This document shows positions 12,042 through 23,600 of a DNA stretch of 64,000 bases, one piece after another. The stretch covers positions 43,152,001 to 43,216,000 of the forward strand of contig NC_088802.1 of assembly GCF_011386835.1 (NCBI RefSeq). The letters run 5' to 3'. Each line of letters starts with the position of its first letter. The stretch's first letter is position 1. Under the pieces are notes generated by a model. That model had not been told where the DNA came from. It saw only the letters and a program-made list of their open reading frames with translations, and ran no database searches. Source of the stretch: Chrysemys picta bellii (taxonomy: Eukaryota). A program made the position numbers and the translations under genes.

Positions 12042-12217
12042 CACCTCTACCCCGATATAACAAGAATTTGGATATAACGCGGTAAAGCAGTGCTCCGGGG
12101 GGTGGGCGGGGCTGCGCACTCTGGTGGATCAAAGCAAGTTCGATATAACATGGTTTCACCTATAATGCGGTAAGATTTTTTGGTTCCCGAGGACAGCATT
12201 ATATCGAGGTAGAGGTG
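12042..12217. mobile_element. Tc1/mariner (Tigger-like) MITE
   Basis: TIRs cacctctaccccgatataa / ttatatcgaggtagaggtg; TA duplication at 12040-12041 and 12218-12219. Confidence 0.85.
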
Positions 12218-12239
12218 TAATTTATTTGTTCTTTTTCAG

Positions 12240-12395
12240 CTTCAGATTGAACAACTCTCCCCCAGAAACCCACTGGCTAAATATTATGGCATCTTGCAAA
12301 CTGCACACCGGATCCTTCACGAGGAAGGGCTGACAGCATTCTGGAAGGGGCATGTGCCTGCTCAGCTCCTCTCAGTCAGCTATGGAGCTGTCCAG
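12240..12395 (+). CDS. SLC25A19: SLC25A19 coding exon 2
   Basis: [52 protein letters not shown]; tttcag| and |gtaagg; 156 bp. Confidence 0.95.
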
Positions 12396-13089
12396 GTAAG
12401 GTGTCAGGAAATCATCCAGGGCTAGCTTTGTTCTGAAGTTTTTAGTTCCTATAGTGGCTTTGTCAGCAGCCTCATCCTGTCATAGCTGTCGCTTACCCAG
12501 CTGTCTGTAGGGCTAGTCCATTTGTAGGGTACTTTGTATGCCAAAGGGGAGACTCTGGTAGTGTGATTAGGTGATGGTAGAGCAGCGGACCAAGAGGACA
12601 GTTGTGGGCTCTAGTCTCAGATGAGTTACTTACATGCTGTGAGTCCTTGGGTGTGTCACTTATCTTTCTGGTTCACTTACTGCCTTTGTTCATTGAGGAT
12701 GAGAGTGTCGATAATACTGATTCATAGGTTGTTGTGAAGCTTAATTCATTAATGTTTCTAAAACCTTTTGAGACCATCTATTGAAAGGTGATGTATAAGA
12801 GCCAAATATGTATTATTCAATAAATAATTTATGCAGAGGAGAGAGAGTTAAAATGGGATCTTCCTAGGAGGCCTTTTTGTTTTAAATCCCAGACTATATT
12901 CTCCTAAATGGAGAACTGAAGATTCTGAATGCCAAGAGTATTCCTCAATTTAATAGCTGCATCCTTGGAGCATACTCCAGGAGGTTGCAAATGATGGATT
13001 TATTTATTTTTGTTTGAATGTGGTAGAACCAGGAGGGTTGTGGGTGATAAGAGTTTTCTCTGTGACGTATGTTTCTGTTTCTCTGTAAG

Positions 13090-13260
13090 TTTGTGACCTT
13101 TGAGTGCCTGACGGAATTGGTGCACAATGCCACACCATACGACACCCGCAACTTCATTGTGCACTTTGTGTGTGGCGGCCTGGCTGCTTGCACTGCCACC
13201 ATGACAGTTCAGCCTCTTGACACACTGCGCACCCGTTTTGCTGCTCAGGGCGAGCCTAAG
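13090..13260 (+). CDS. SLC25A19: SLC25A19 coding exon 3
   Basis: [57 protein letters not shown]; tgtaag| and |gtatga; 171 bp. Confidence 0.95.
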
Positions 13261-13556
13261 GTATGAGTTAGGAATTTTAGTTTTGTTATATTTGTTGATA
13301 GCCATGTTTCATTCAGATTAGCGTGGGGGGAAACTGCACAACTTCCAGCAGGTGATCTGGGAAGACTGGAGCCCTTAATGGGTGGTAATGCCATTAATGC
13401 CAAGTTATCCTTTAGTCCATTGACACATGTGCTTTGTCCTGGCAGCGAGAAGGAGGAACTGTTCTTTTTGGCGTGGCTGATTTGGCTCTCATTTGGTACT
13501 CGGCCGCACAAGGGAGTTATTCCTCTGCCTTTCTTGAGGGGACATGTCTCAAACAA

Positions 13557-14200
13557 AGAATCATAGAAATGTAGGGCCGGAAAGGACCTTGAGAGGTCAT
13601 CTAGTCCAACCCTCTGAACTGAGGCAGGACCAAGTATACCTAGACCATCCCTACCAGCTGTTTGTCTAACCTGTTGTTAAAAACCTTCTGTGATGGGGAT
13701 TCCACAACCTCCCTTTAGGAGCCTATTCTGGTGCTTCGTTATCTATATAGTTAGAAAGTTTTTCCTAATATCTAATCTAAATCTCCCTTATTGCAGATTA
13801 AGCCCATTACTTCTTGTCCTACCTTCAGTCTACATGGAGAACAATCTATCACCATCCTCTTTACAACAACCCTTAAGATATTTGATGACTGTTACCAGGT
13901 TCCCCCTCAGTCTTCTTTTCTCAAGACTAAATATCTTCAGGATTTTTTTAACCTTTCCTCATAGGTCAAGTTTCTAAATCTTACATCATTTTTATAGTGC
14001 TCCTCTGGACTCTCTCCGGTTTGTCCTCATCTTTCTTAAAGTGTGGTGCCCAGAACTGGACACAGTGTCCAGCTGAGGCCTCACAAGTGCCAAGTACAGT
14101 GGGATAATTACTTCGCTTGTCTTACATACATCACTGCTGTTAATACACCCCCAAAATGATGATATCCCTTTTCACAACTGCGTCACATTGTTGGCTCATA
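13557..14200 (-). mobile_element. CR1 LINE 3' fragment
   Basis: CR1 tail agaatcatagaaatgtagggccggaaaggaccttgagaggtcatctagtcc followed by antisense ORF2-like sequence; right boundary approximate. Confidence 0.85.
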
Positions 14201-15231
14201 AATATGCAAAGTGTACGAAGAGTCGTGGAGGTTCTTACAGGTATGAAGTTTTTAAAGCAGTCCTCTACTAATCCAGTTTTATATCCGACTTTATTCAAGG
14301 ATCTGTCTCCCCCAACCAAGTTCTGTCTCCCCTCTGTTCTTATTGGAGACACTTAATTTTGAATCGGAGCCATTTTCTTACTGTATTTCCGCTTGATTTG
14401 TAATGGAATCGCAATCCATTCCCGTGTATTCAGTGTCAGGGCTTCACTGCAGGAGTACATGGTGAAACTAGGCTGTGAGGAAGAAAACACACCTCTGATA
14501 CAAATACAAGTGCTGGTGAGCTTAAGCCATTGGGAAAATTACCAAAAATATGAGAAGTAGCTAGATTTCTTAGTACAGTAAGTCTTTGAGTAATGTGTTT
14601 TCTAGCTACCAGTCAAAGAAGACTGGACAAGAAATGTTCTCAGCTTCTTGAGTAAAGAGCTGTGACTGGCATATTTGACATCACTCTTGTAAATTAAGAA
14701 TCTTTGAAGGACACTCAATCTGTGAATTCAGCTGTGTTTTGCACAGTTACCCAGAGCTTTCCCCCTGCCCCATAATAGCTGTCCTGATCTGCCAGCCTCC
14801 CCTTACTGTCACTTTCTGAAGCTATTCATATCAAGGTGTTCTCAGTCATGGGGACCCATCTCTGGGGCTTGCTTCCCACCAGAGCCAAAGTTCAGGCAAC
14901 TTCAGGATACAATGTCCAGCCGTGCCTTTCAGTGGGATATTGCTGTCAAGCAGAACTGAGGGTTTGTTGGTTCAGTTAGTCTCGCGTGGAAGAGATCCAT
15001 GTTTATTCTGTCAGTTTGTTTTAATTATTATCAGGATTTCAAAGACTCAGCAGTGAGTGTTCATGTGACGATACGTAAAATGGTTTTGTTAATCTGTTTG
15101 TGCTAAAAATCAACTTGTTATATGTTGGGAGATGGGAATCCGCATGATCTGTATCCAAAATGTAACCGATTTCTGAATAGCTGATTGTAAGTGTATCTAA
15201 CAGGAGAACTTTACTATTCCTTGTTGTTTAG

Positions 15232-15415
15232 GTTTACCGAAATCTTCGTCATGCTGTGGTGACCATGTACCAAATGGAAGGGCCTCTGACCTTCTACAGG
15301 GGTTTGACCCCCACTATCATTGCTGTCTTTCCATACGCTGGTCTCCAGTTCTCCTTTTACAATCTCCTGCAACAATTGTATAAACGGGTGATGCCATCCG
15401 AAGGAATGAATGCAG
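15232..15415 (+). CDS. SLC25A19: SLC25A19 coding exon 4
   Basis: [61 protein letters not shown]; ttttag-type acceptor and |gtgggt donor; 184 bp, phase 1. Confidence 0.95.
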
Positions 15416-15459
15416 GTGGGTGCTTGGGACTGTGAAATACTCAGTCATGGAGGAAGAAG

Positions 15460-15690
15460 AAGGGTGGCCCAGTGGTTAGGGCACTAGTCTAGAACTTGGA
15501 TTTGAGTTCAATTTCTTCTCCTGTCACAGACTTACTGTGTGACCCTGGGCCAGTCACGTAATTTCTCTATGCCTAATTTCCCCACTTGTAAAATGCCTAA
15601 ATACCTTACCTTATAGCAGTGTTGTGAAGATAAATACATTAGACTGTGAGGCACTCAGATATTGTGGTAATGAGGCCCATAGAAGTACCC
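15460..15690 (+). mobile_element. MIR/CORE-like tRNA-derived SINE (representative; similar copies near 12560-12790, 24224-24360, 33040-33140, 39860-40070, 41080-41290, 56620-56770, 58560-58780, 63505-63640)
   Basis: tRNA-like head ggtggcccagtggttagggc plus CORE motif tgtgaccctgggccagtcac...tttccccacttgtaaaatg; boundaries approximate. Confidence 0.65.
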
Positions 15691-16439
15691 TCGACAGGAA
15701 GATGAACTCTCCAGTCCAGTATATTATTTCTCAAATTGGGTCATGTTGCTTGTGCAGTGGAAAGATCTTGCTGAGACAGCCTTTATTTCTTTCAATTTCA
15801 GTAATATTGTGGGGATAGGACTGTCAGTGAGTACAGGATCTCTGAACAGCTGAGTGTTCTAAAGTTGCTTCCCCTCTTCAGCTTGTACAGGAGGATTCAT
15901 CTGGTGCAGGTTAAAGCTCCCAAGTTGTTCTAATATTGATCTCCTGCTCTTTGGCTATTCTGAGTTTTTAAGAGGATTTCATGAAAAGTGGCACCTTGAC
16001 AGCCCTGGAGATGAGACCTCCATCCACCAGAGCACATACAGCATGGGTAGCATCACTGCACATTACTGCTCCATCAGAGTGTTCTTAATTAGAGAGATTA
16101 CCTCCTATGTGTGAGAGCAGCTCATCCTCAATGTTCATTCAGTCTTAGACAGCAGATTGTGATGGTAGTTTTGTGTTGTGGACACCTGCCAATTAGGACC
16201 TGAACTAAGACTACCAAACTCCTTTCCCATTGGCCTCTGTACAGCCATCAGATGGTACCAATTTATGATCTCTACCAACCTGTTCTGATTTGAACCCTCA
16301 ACTGGAGGCACAAGGTTCCATACCCTATTACCAATCTCCAGTATTTTTTTTCCTAGCAATGTGAACGCTTGCATGGTTACTGATGATAAACCCTTCTGTT
16401 ATTGTTTCTTTTGTGTATTGCCATTTGACAGAGCTGCAG

Positions 16440-16610
16440 AATAAATCAGTCTTTCGATTAAGACTGGATATGTTTCTAAAAGATATGCCCTCACTCAAAG
16501 AAGTTGTGGACTTGATGCAAAAATTCTTGGGTGAGGTTCCATGGCCTGTTTTATGCAGAAGATGAGACCAGATGATCATAATGGTCCTTCCTGGCCTTAC
16601 AGTCTATGAA
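16440..16610 (+). mobile_element. CR1 LINE 3' fragment
   Basis: Ends in agatgatcataatggtccttcctggccttacagtctatgaa, as in the copy ending at 18405. Confidence 0.65.
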
Positions 16611-16714
16611 TAAATGGTTCTGATTTACTTTCCATTATGCGTTTTTAAATCAGAACTCCATTCTAATCCTCCATTTCTTCCGTACACTCTTCTTTCCACT
16701 TCTCTGCTTTTCAG

Positions 16715-16845
16715 GTAATGTTAAAAACCTCGTGTGTGGCAGCTGTGCCGGAGTTATCAGCAAAACTCTTACTTACCCTTTCGACCTGTTTAAAAAGCGG
16801 TTGCAGGTGGGAGGCTTTGAGCAGGCCCGGGCAGCCTTTGGGCAG
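16715..16845 (+). CDS. SLC25A19: SLC25A19 coding exon 5
   Basis: (G)[43 protein letters not shown] with third carrier signature; tttcag| and |gtgaga; 131 bp. Confidence 0.95.
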
Positions 16846-17475
16846 GTGAGAGATGTTTTGATCAACTGGTTTTCATATGTTTAAATGTAGACCAAGAAAT
16901 AAAACATTACCCAGAAAACTCAGCTATAACATCTGATTTTGAACAGGGTTCTGTTTATTTCCTCTCTGGGCCTACCAAAGCATTGTTGGTTGACTTGTTC
17001 ACAATATACTATATATGAGAGAATCTTCTTAATAGGCAGTCATTTGGGGTGGACCAGTCATCCCAGATAAACAGCTACCCTGATTAGGAGATTATTTTTC
17101 CTTCTAGAAACAAAAATTTCTGAAAAGACCTGAAATTAAATAAAATACTATAATGAGTAAAAATAACCATGAATTTTTAAAAATACATGTCTTCCTAATT
17201 TTGTAATTTCTGTGTTAAACTGGTGTTGAAGTTCTGAACTCTGATATTTTATCTCCTTAACCAAATGCAGAATTTTTGCTAGTACTGTTCTAAATAATCA
17301 GCAGTTACTGCAGTTCACTAGTGGAATAAATTGCCTTTCGGAAAGATGACCCAACTGAGTGGTGTATACTATGTCTGTATGTATAGATCTAATCTGGGAG
17401 ACTCAAAGGGGCCTAGGGGATTGACAATAGTGATGGCCATGTAATAAATTCCATTTATCTTGTACTATTGACTGA

Positions 17476-17564
17476 GGGTCAGATTTTTAAAGGTATTTAG
17501 GTGCCTATCTCACATTGATATCAATGGGAATTAGGTGCCCAAATACCTTTTAAAAATCTGGCCC
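17476..17564. mobile_element. Palindromic Harbinger-like MITE (related short palindromes near 42970-43050, 46400-46500, 58830-58900)
   Basis: Arms gggtcagatttttaaaggtattt / aaataccttttaaaaatctggccc around central palindrome cattgatatcaatg; TGA on both flanks. Confidence 0.65.
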
Positions 17565-17879
17565 TGACTCGCACTGTGCTCTTGGAGAGGGGTTGAATGA
17601 AAGTTTGGAGGAGTTTGGATTTATTTTATTTTTCTATTTGCTGATGGATATTTGTATGTCAAGATGAGCTGAGAAGTTCTTGCTACTATATTGTGGATTT
17701 TAGTTTATGGAATAGGCACTCAGAATTCATGGTGGGTACCTAAAGAGACTTGTATAAATCTAAACAAATTAAATACTTCTAGCATTCCTTACCACCTTGA
17801 AATAGACACCTATTTAAAAAATTGTATTAGAGAAATATTTCCTTTCTCACCCAAATATGAAAATGTCCCTTCCAGTTTA

Positions 17880-18405
17880 TATTGGCCTGACATGCAAATT
17901 GGGTAGTACCCAATCTTTGAAGCAATGACAGATATATGGTCTGAGAGGGAAGGATGTAAATACTAGGGAGGGAGAGGAGTTATTTAAGTTAAGCACCAAT
18001 GCTGACACAAGAACAAATGGATATAAACTGACTATCAACGAGTTTAGGCTTGAAATTAGATGAAGGTTTCTTACCATCAGAGGAGTGAGGTGCTGAACAG
18101 CCTTCCACGGGGAGCAGTGGGGACAAAAAACCTTACTGGCTTCACGACTGAGCTTGAGAAAGGGAGGGTTGTCTTCCTCTGCAGCATGGAGCAGGGATCA
18201 TTTGCAGGTTTAAACTAGTGTAAATGGTGGATTCTCTGCACCTTGAAGTCTTTAAATCATGTTTTGAGGACATCAGTAACTCAGCCAGAGGTTATGGGTC
18301 TATTAAGGAGTGGGTGGGTAAAGTTCTATGGCTTGCAATGTGCAGGAGGTCAGACTTGGATGATCATGATGGTCCCTTCTGGCCTAAAAGTGTATGAGTC
18401 TATAT
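17880..18405 (+). mobile_element. CR1 LINE 3' fragment
   Basis: ORF2 C-terminal-like acaagaacaaatggatataaactg...tttaggcttgaaattag and CR1 tail gatcatgatggtcccttctggcct. Confidence 0.8.
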
Positions 18406-18799
18406 GGAAAATAATACCAGCACATTCTGAAGCAGTTGCTCTGCAAACTGTAGCATGAACACTGCATGAGGTGTGGTATAAAGGATTTCCTGTCATTCAG
18501 TTGGCGTGTAAGCTGTTGCTGATAATGGTAAATGTAATTTGTGGTGCCTGCATCTACAAATCAGTGTGCACTTAGATTGATTCTCTGATGCTGCCAGTTA
18601 GTCATAGTGAATATCCGTAGAATCTCCATTGTATGTATCTAGAATACATTTTTGATACAGCCTTTGGGTTTCTTTCAAGTCCTCTGAGTCCCTTTCCTGG
18701 ATGTGTGGAATATGATACAGAGGTTTCTGAGAGAATCCTGCCCAGGTGAGCTGAGTTTGTGCTGTTGCTGTCTTTACTCTCTCAACTCTTCTCCCCCAG

Positions 18800-19000
18800 G
18801 TGCGGACGTACAAGGGTTTAATGGACTGTGCTGGGCAGATTGTGCGAGAGGAGGGGCCTGTTGGATTGTTTAAGGGTCTCTCCCCCAGCTTGCTGAAGGC
18901 TGCTCTCTCTACTGGCTTCACCTTCTTCTGGTATGAGTTCTTCTGCAACCTGCTATATGCCCTGAAAGACACTGGCAGCACTAAGGGGCAGGAAAGCTGA
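18800..19000 (+). CDS. SLC25A19: SLC25A19 last coding exon
   Basis: [66 protein letters not shown]; six exons sum to 975 bp (324 aa + stop). Confidence 0.95.
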   Translation: MRTYKGLMDCAGQIVREEGPVGLFKGLSPSLLKAALSTGFTFFWYEFFCNLLYALKDTGSTKGQES

Positions 19001-22000
19001 AGAGGCAGGACTCATCAGCTGCAATTACTCTGTGGAAGAGTAAGACTAGTGGCCTCATTATCACATGGAGTGGGGTGGGGAATGGCTCCTCCCTGCCAGG
19101 GCTCTGAAAACACGTGTCCACTAGCTTTGGAGGAAAGATCTGTTTGGAACAAAACCAAAGGAGCAGGTGACTGCAGCTTCAGTTGAGGACACTGAGCCCT
19201 GGGGTACACTGAGCATGTTCCATCATATCTCCTATAGTATCAGCATTCACTTTGGGAGAAGGGGTTTTATAAAAACCTAATTCTACTACCCATCTGGCAT
19301 CATGCTCTGAAGAGGCATCTGATCAAATGTGTGAAATCCTTCAAGCACAGGGACCCATCTGGCTTAGCTAGTGCCACTCAACTAGTGTCAAATGATGCCA
19401 CATCTGCAAAGCTTCAGCCCTCTGCTTAGGGCCTGTCCATTTGCTGCATATTCTCATCTCCTTGCTGTACAGGTAACCCCTTCCTTATTCTGCATAGACA
19501 CCTGTCTTCTCTTTGCCATGAACATTTACCAGCGCCACATCCTCAGCCACTTTAAACATAGCATCATCTAGCAACATTTATGCCAACGCCGATTTGCTTT
19601 CTCACTACAAGTGGCAAGCTTACTTTTGTTTTACAAGTGTTCCTTATTCTGCCTGAGAGTTCTGCTGTGGGTCTCTTAGGGTTCTACTTTGCTAGTGTAA
19701 TGCTCTTACAAACAGCTCTGCAGCTCTAATGCTGTTTGCTCTCAGGAAGATCTCTCAATGCACAAAACCCATTTTTGCTTCGCACTGACATGTTGGGGCT
19801 CTGCTTTGCTATTTTGTCATGATTAAACAGATGCTATAAATATATATATATTTTTAATCTACCTTAAAATAATGAAGACTGTCCTGTGGAAACTAGTGAC
19901 TCTTTGATCATCATAGAGCCAAGGAATTGCTGAGCACCTGGTGTAGTTGGGAGATTAATTCTTTGAATCTCTTGTGGGGGCTTGAGAAAGACTGAGAGAA
20001 ATGACGTGGTTGCTCTGTGGAGGGCATTGGAGCAGATCTTCCTCCGTGGAAATATTTCCAACCCCTCTCTATTGTGGATTAAACGATCTTCCAAACCTGT
20101 CATAGTCCCTTCTCTGGACTGAAGGGTAAAGAAGCTTGAGGAGTTTGGAATTGTTTGTGTGTAGTTTGTGTTTGTTTTTAATTTTTCTGAAGCAGCCTGG
20201 TGAGCCTCCATGTGCACTAGGAGGGAATGAATGGGCAGAGAGCCGCCACCCTGATCCTGGTTTGTTGCACACTGGGCTGTTGATCATACATGTGATGGGT
20301 CTTTATATGATCATTTAGCTGGTGGGGAAGGGATTTAGTGACTTCTGTAGTAGAATGAAAAGACAAACCATGATAGTCATTTCACCTCCCACCCTCGATG
20401 TCTGTGTCTTTAAAGTATTTCTAATGTGTCCATCACTAGTCTCTAAACATGAGTCACATCACAAGGAGGGGAAGTGGCTAAAAACGAGAGCATTGATTCC
20501 CCTTAGGTAAAGGAGAGAGATACTGGTTTAATACAAAGAATTAGCAAGATGGGTCTTATTTTGCTACTGTTAAATTTTGCAGATTAGTATATTGGGGTTA
20601 TATTTCCTAGAATCAGATAAATTAAGAGATGGAAAAGATCTATTAGGTCACCTTGTTCCTCCCACCTGCAAGGGCAGGGTTGTTGTTTTTGACTGTATAC
20701 CTGACTTCAGTCCAATTTTCAGTGACTCAATCAATAGGGCTTGCACTACTTCCCTCATGAGACTGTGCCACAGTCTAACTGGTGACGACTGTTGGAATTG
20801 TATTCTAATGTAATCCTATCAGTGAGGATTTGCTTTGCCTGAAATTCACCCCACAAGCTGCTCAGCAATTGCATTTGTTTTTATCCTAGTGCCTTTTATC
20901 ATTTGGGTAAAGCAAAACACTTTACTAAGCGAAGTACAACATCCTAGTAATACAGTAGCTGTTATGGAATCCACAACCGTTCCCATCTAGCCTTGGCCAT
21001 TGGATCCTCTGTGCAAATACTGCAACAAATACTTTCCAATACCATGTGTATTATTTCCAATAGTACTGATTACCTTAACTCATGTACAGTAACATTCATC
21101 TCTCGGGATGTTTGCACAGAGCTGTATTGGGTGCTTCAGTGAAAAAAACAAATGTTCTAGGATTGGTTACTGAAGTGGGTTATTTTCCCTTTTGATTTTA
21201 AGCCTCCATTGTTATGCAGAGCCTTAATCCTCTACAGCATTTCTAGCGATCAGCTGAATGGACCTTTTGTGAATTCAGTAGACTTAAGGCTTCTGACCCG
21301 CTGTGTTTTTTCACAATATATGTTTAATGTGTGCCTGTCTCTAAAGAGAGGAAAGAAAACATTAAATATTTATTCTGTTCCTGTCTGGTTTTTCCTTTCA
21401 TCTCTTTGCAAACACTCAAACCATGTACATGATGGGGTGATGCAGTTAGATCATTTTGGACAAACACTCTCTAACAAGGGTCTGATCTTGCTCCTGTTGA
21501 CTGCAGTGAGATCAAGGCTCATGAATTATACTGCAGATGCAACCATATTTGTTATTGGAATTCCAAAGTTCCTGGGCTTGGTCACTAGAGGGCACCATTG
21601 CCCCAACCGCAAAGCAGGAGATGGCTTCAAGTGCTTAGATATCCATTACTGCACAATAACTAGTGATTGTCCACATGGATTTGCACAAGCTTGGTCATTC
21701 CACTGTGTGAGTATTAAAGCAGCAGATGTTTGACCTACTTCGCCAATCTGTGGTAGACAAGTTCAGACTTAGTTTATATGTATCCGTAACACACTGTTGC
21801 AGAATGTTATCAAAAGCTGCTCGTTCTTCATTCACTAAAGCTGCTTTCTAGCTTCAAGAGTATCTTGTTCTACTTTGTATAAATATGCTAATGCTAAGGA
21901 GTAATGACCAGCACTCCTCACACATTAAGCACATGGTAACTTTGGAGCACAAAGTGTGTTCTACAGCACCTGCTCTTTTGAGACGTTGTTAAAGTGAGCT

Positions 22001-22679
22001 GGCATATTCCCTCTTGCTCTTTATTTATTTTTATAGCTCATATATTTTTCCCCTTCTTAAATTCTTCAAATGTTTTTTCTTACCTTGCAAGTAAAACCCT
22101 AGTGCCAAGACCTGAGCAGTTCTGCTCCAACATACTCATCGGGTTGCCTATCTTAGGGAGGGGAAAAATAGAAGAGTAAATAGATTTCAGTTTCAAGCTT
22201 CTGAAGTTCACTTATAAACTGTGAAGGAAAATACGAAAGCAAGACTAAGAGGTTGAGTTCTTTGCTTATGAGCAAACCCCAGACTTCCAAGCTACCAGAG
22301 GAGAATGTGAAGCCGTGGACTACTACTGTACAAAAGGAATAACCTGGAAAGAGGAAAAATGTAACCATCAGCTTCAAGCACATGAACTGATCAGAAAGTT
22401 ACCACTATGTGGTGTCTGCTTGGAGGCACATGAGGCCTGTTGGATATAGGCATGCCCAGTTCCCAGTGAGTAGTTTTTCGTGTTTCATTAATCACCATAA
22501 CCACTAGTGAAAATTGTGCGCCCCCTCTCCCGATGCTGGTAGTGCCAACAGAGGCCAAAGATTGAATGGACCACGGAGTGGGAAGGACTCACATGCCTAG
22601 AAAGTAGATTGCTACAGGGCAGGAGTGGGGCACGTTTGCAGGACAGTGTGGGGAATCTGCACTGCAGCTTCTTTTGCTG

Positions 22680-23600
22680 TGTTGTACCTGTCCCGCGTTT
22701 AAACAGAGGGCTGCAGCCTTTCGCTAGGGCTAAGTTAACACAGAAAAGTCAAAAGATTGTACCGTGAAAACCTAGCATTAAAATACAGCTGTGAACGAAG
22801 AGCTCTTCTGACTGGGAGACAACAGTCTGAGTCAGAGGGAAACGGGCACACTCTAACCCCAACTCCCACCCCACTCCCCCAGGTCGTAGGATGATGAAAA
22901 AGAGCAGGGGGGTGCAACGAAAGAGATGGATAGGTGAATGCAGAAGGTTGCGTAAATCCTGGTTCTTCCAGGCGGTGGCGCTGCTGTTTCAGCACTCCCA
23001 AGTCCCTCCTCCCCTTGGCTCTGGCTGCTAGGAAATGACCTAAGAGGAAACCCGCAGGTTTGCAATGGAAAGAATCCGCCTGGTGGCAATCACTGACCCC
23101 AAAGAAGCTGAAAAGTAAGAGCAGCAGCTGGGATTTTCCGCCTGATCCTGCCAGCTGGGGTCTCGCAGGGCGCTTTCCTGGTGGAGGGGCGAGTGCAAGA
23201 AGGATGCCCATCTTGCATTTGCATTCCATGCTTGAGTTCCTGCCTTTCCTGCTTCTGCTGCTGCTGGTCTTGGCGCTAGGTTTTTTCCTGATCTATCTCC
23301 AAAAACCCGAACCTGAAAACAAGAAGAATTAGGGGTAGGGGCGGTTCTTCCCTATGCAAATAAGGCACCAAAGATGCGAGCCCTCGAGTCCTGAAAAGAA
23401 AACTCTCCGGGAGAGGGAAGAGAAAAGCCGGAGCAGGTTGGTGACATTTGCAAATCTGGCTGGGCTGGGCTGGGCTGCTCTGGTTAGTCAGAAACAAACT
23501 TTTGCCTCTCTTGGGTGGAGCAGCAATTATTTTTCAAGCCGGGACATTTCTCTGCTTATTTTCTCGACGGCTATCGTGATTTTAAAGCAAACCAAACACC
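22680..23600. promoter_or_regulatory. CpG-enriched region, candidate MIF4GD / divergent-transcript promoter
   Basis: About 28 CpGs in 900 bp by hand count versus sparse flanks; GC box at ~23337-23344; octamers at 23217-23224 and 23354-23361; no other non-repeat CpG cluster between SLC25A19 and the first MIF4GD coding exon. Confidence 0.45.

Noticed and set aside
21209-21733. 174-aa plus-strand ORF
   Set aside because: TTG start, no recognisable domain or flanking splice structure; cannot be supported without a homology search.
22891-22897. ATGATGA C-box-like motifs (also 59072-59078) as possible C/D snoRNAs
   Set aside because: No CTGA D box or terminal stem at a suitable distance.
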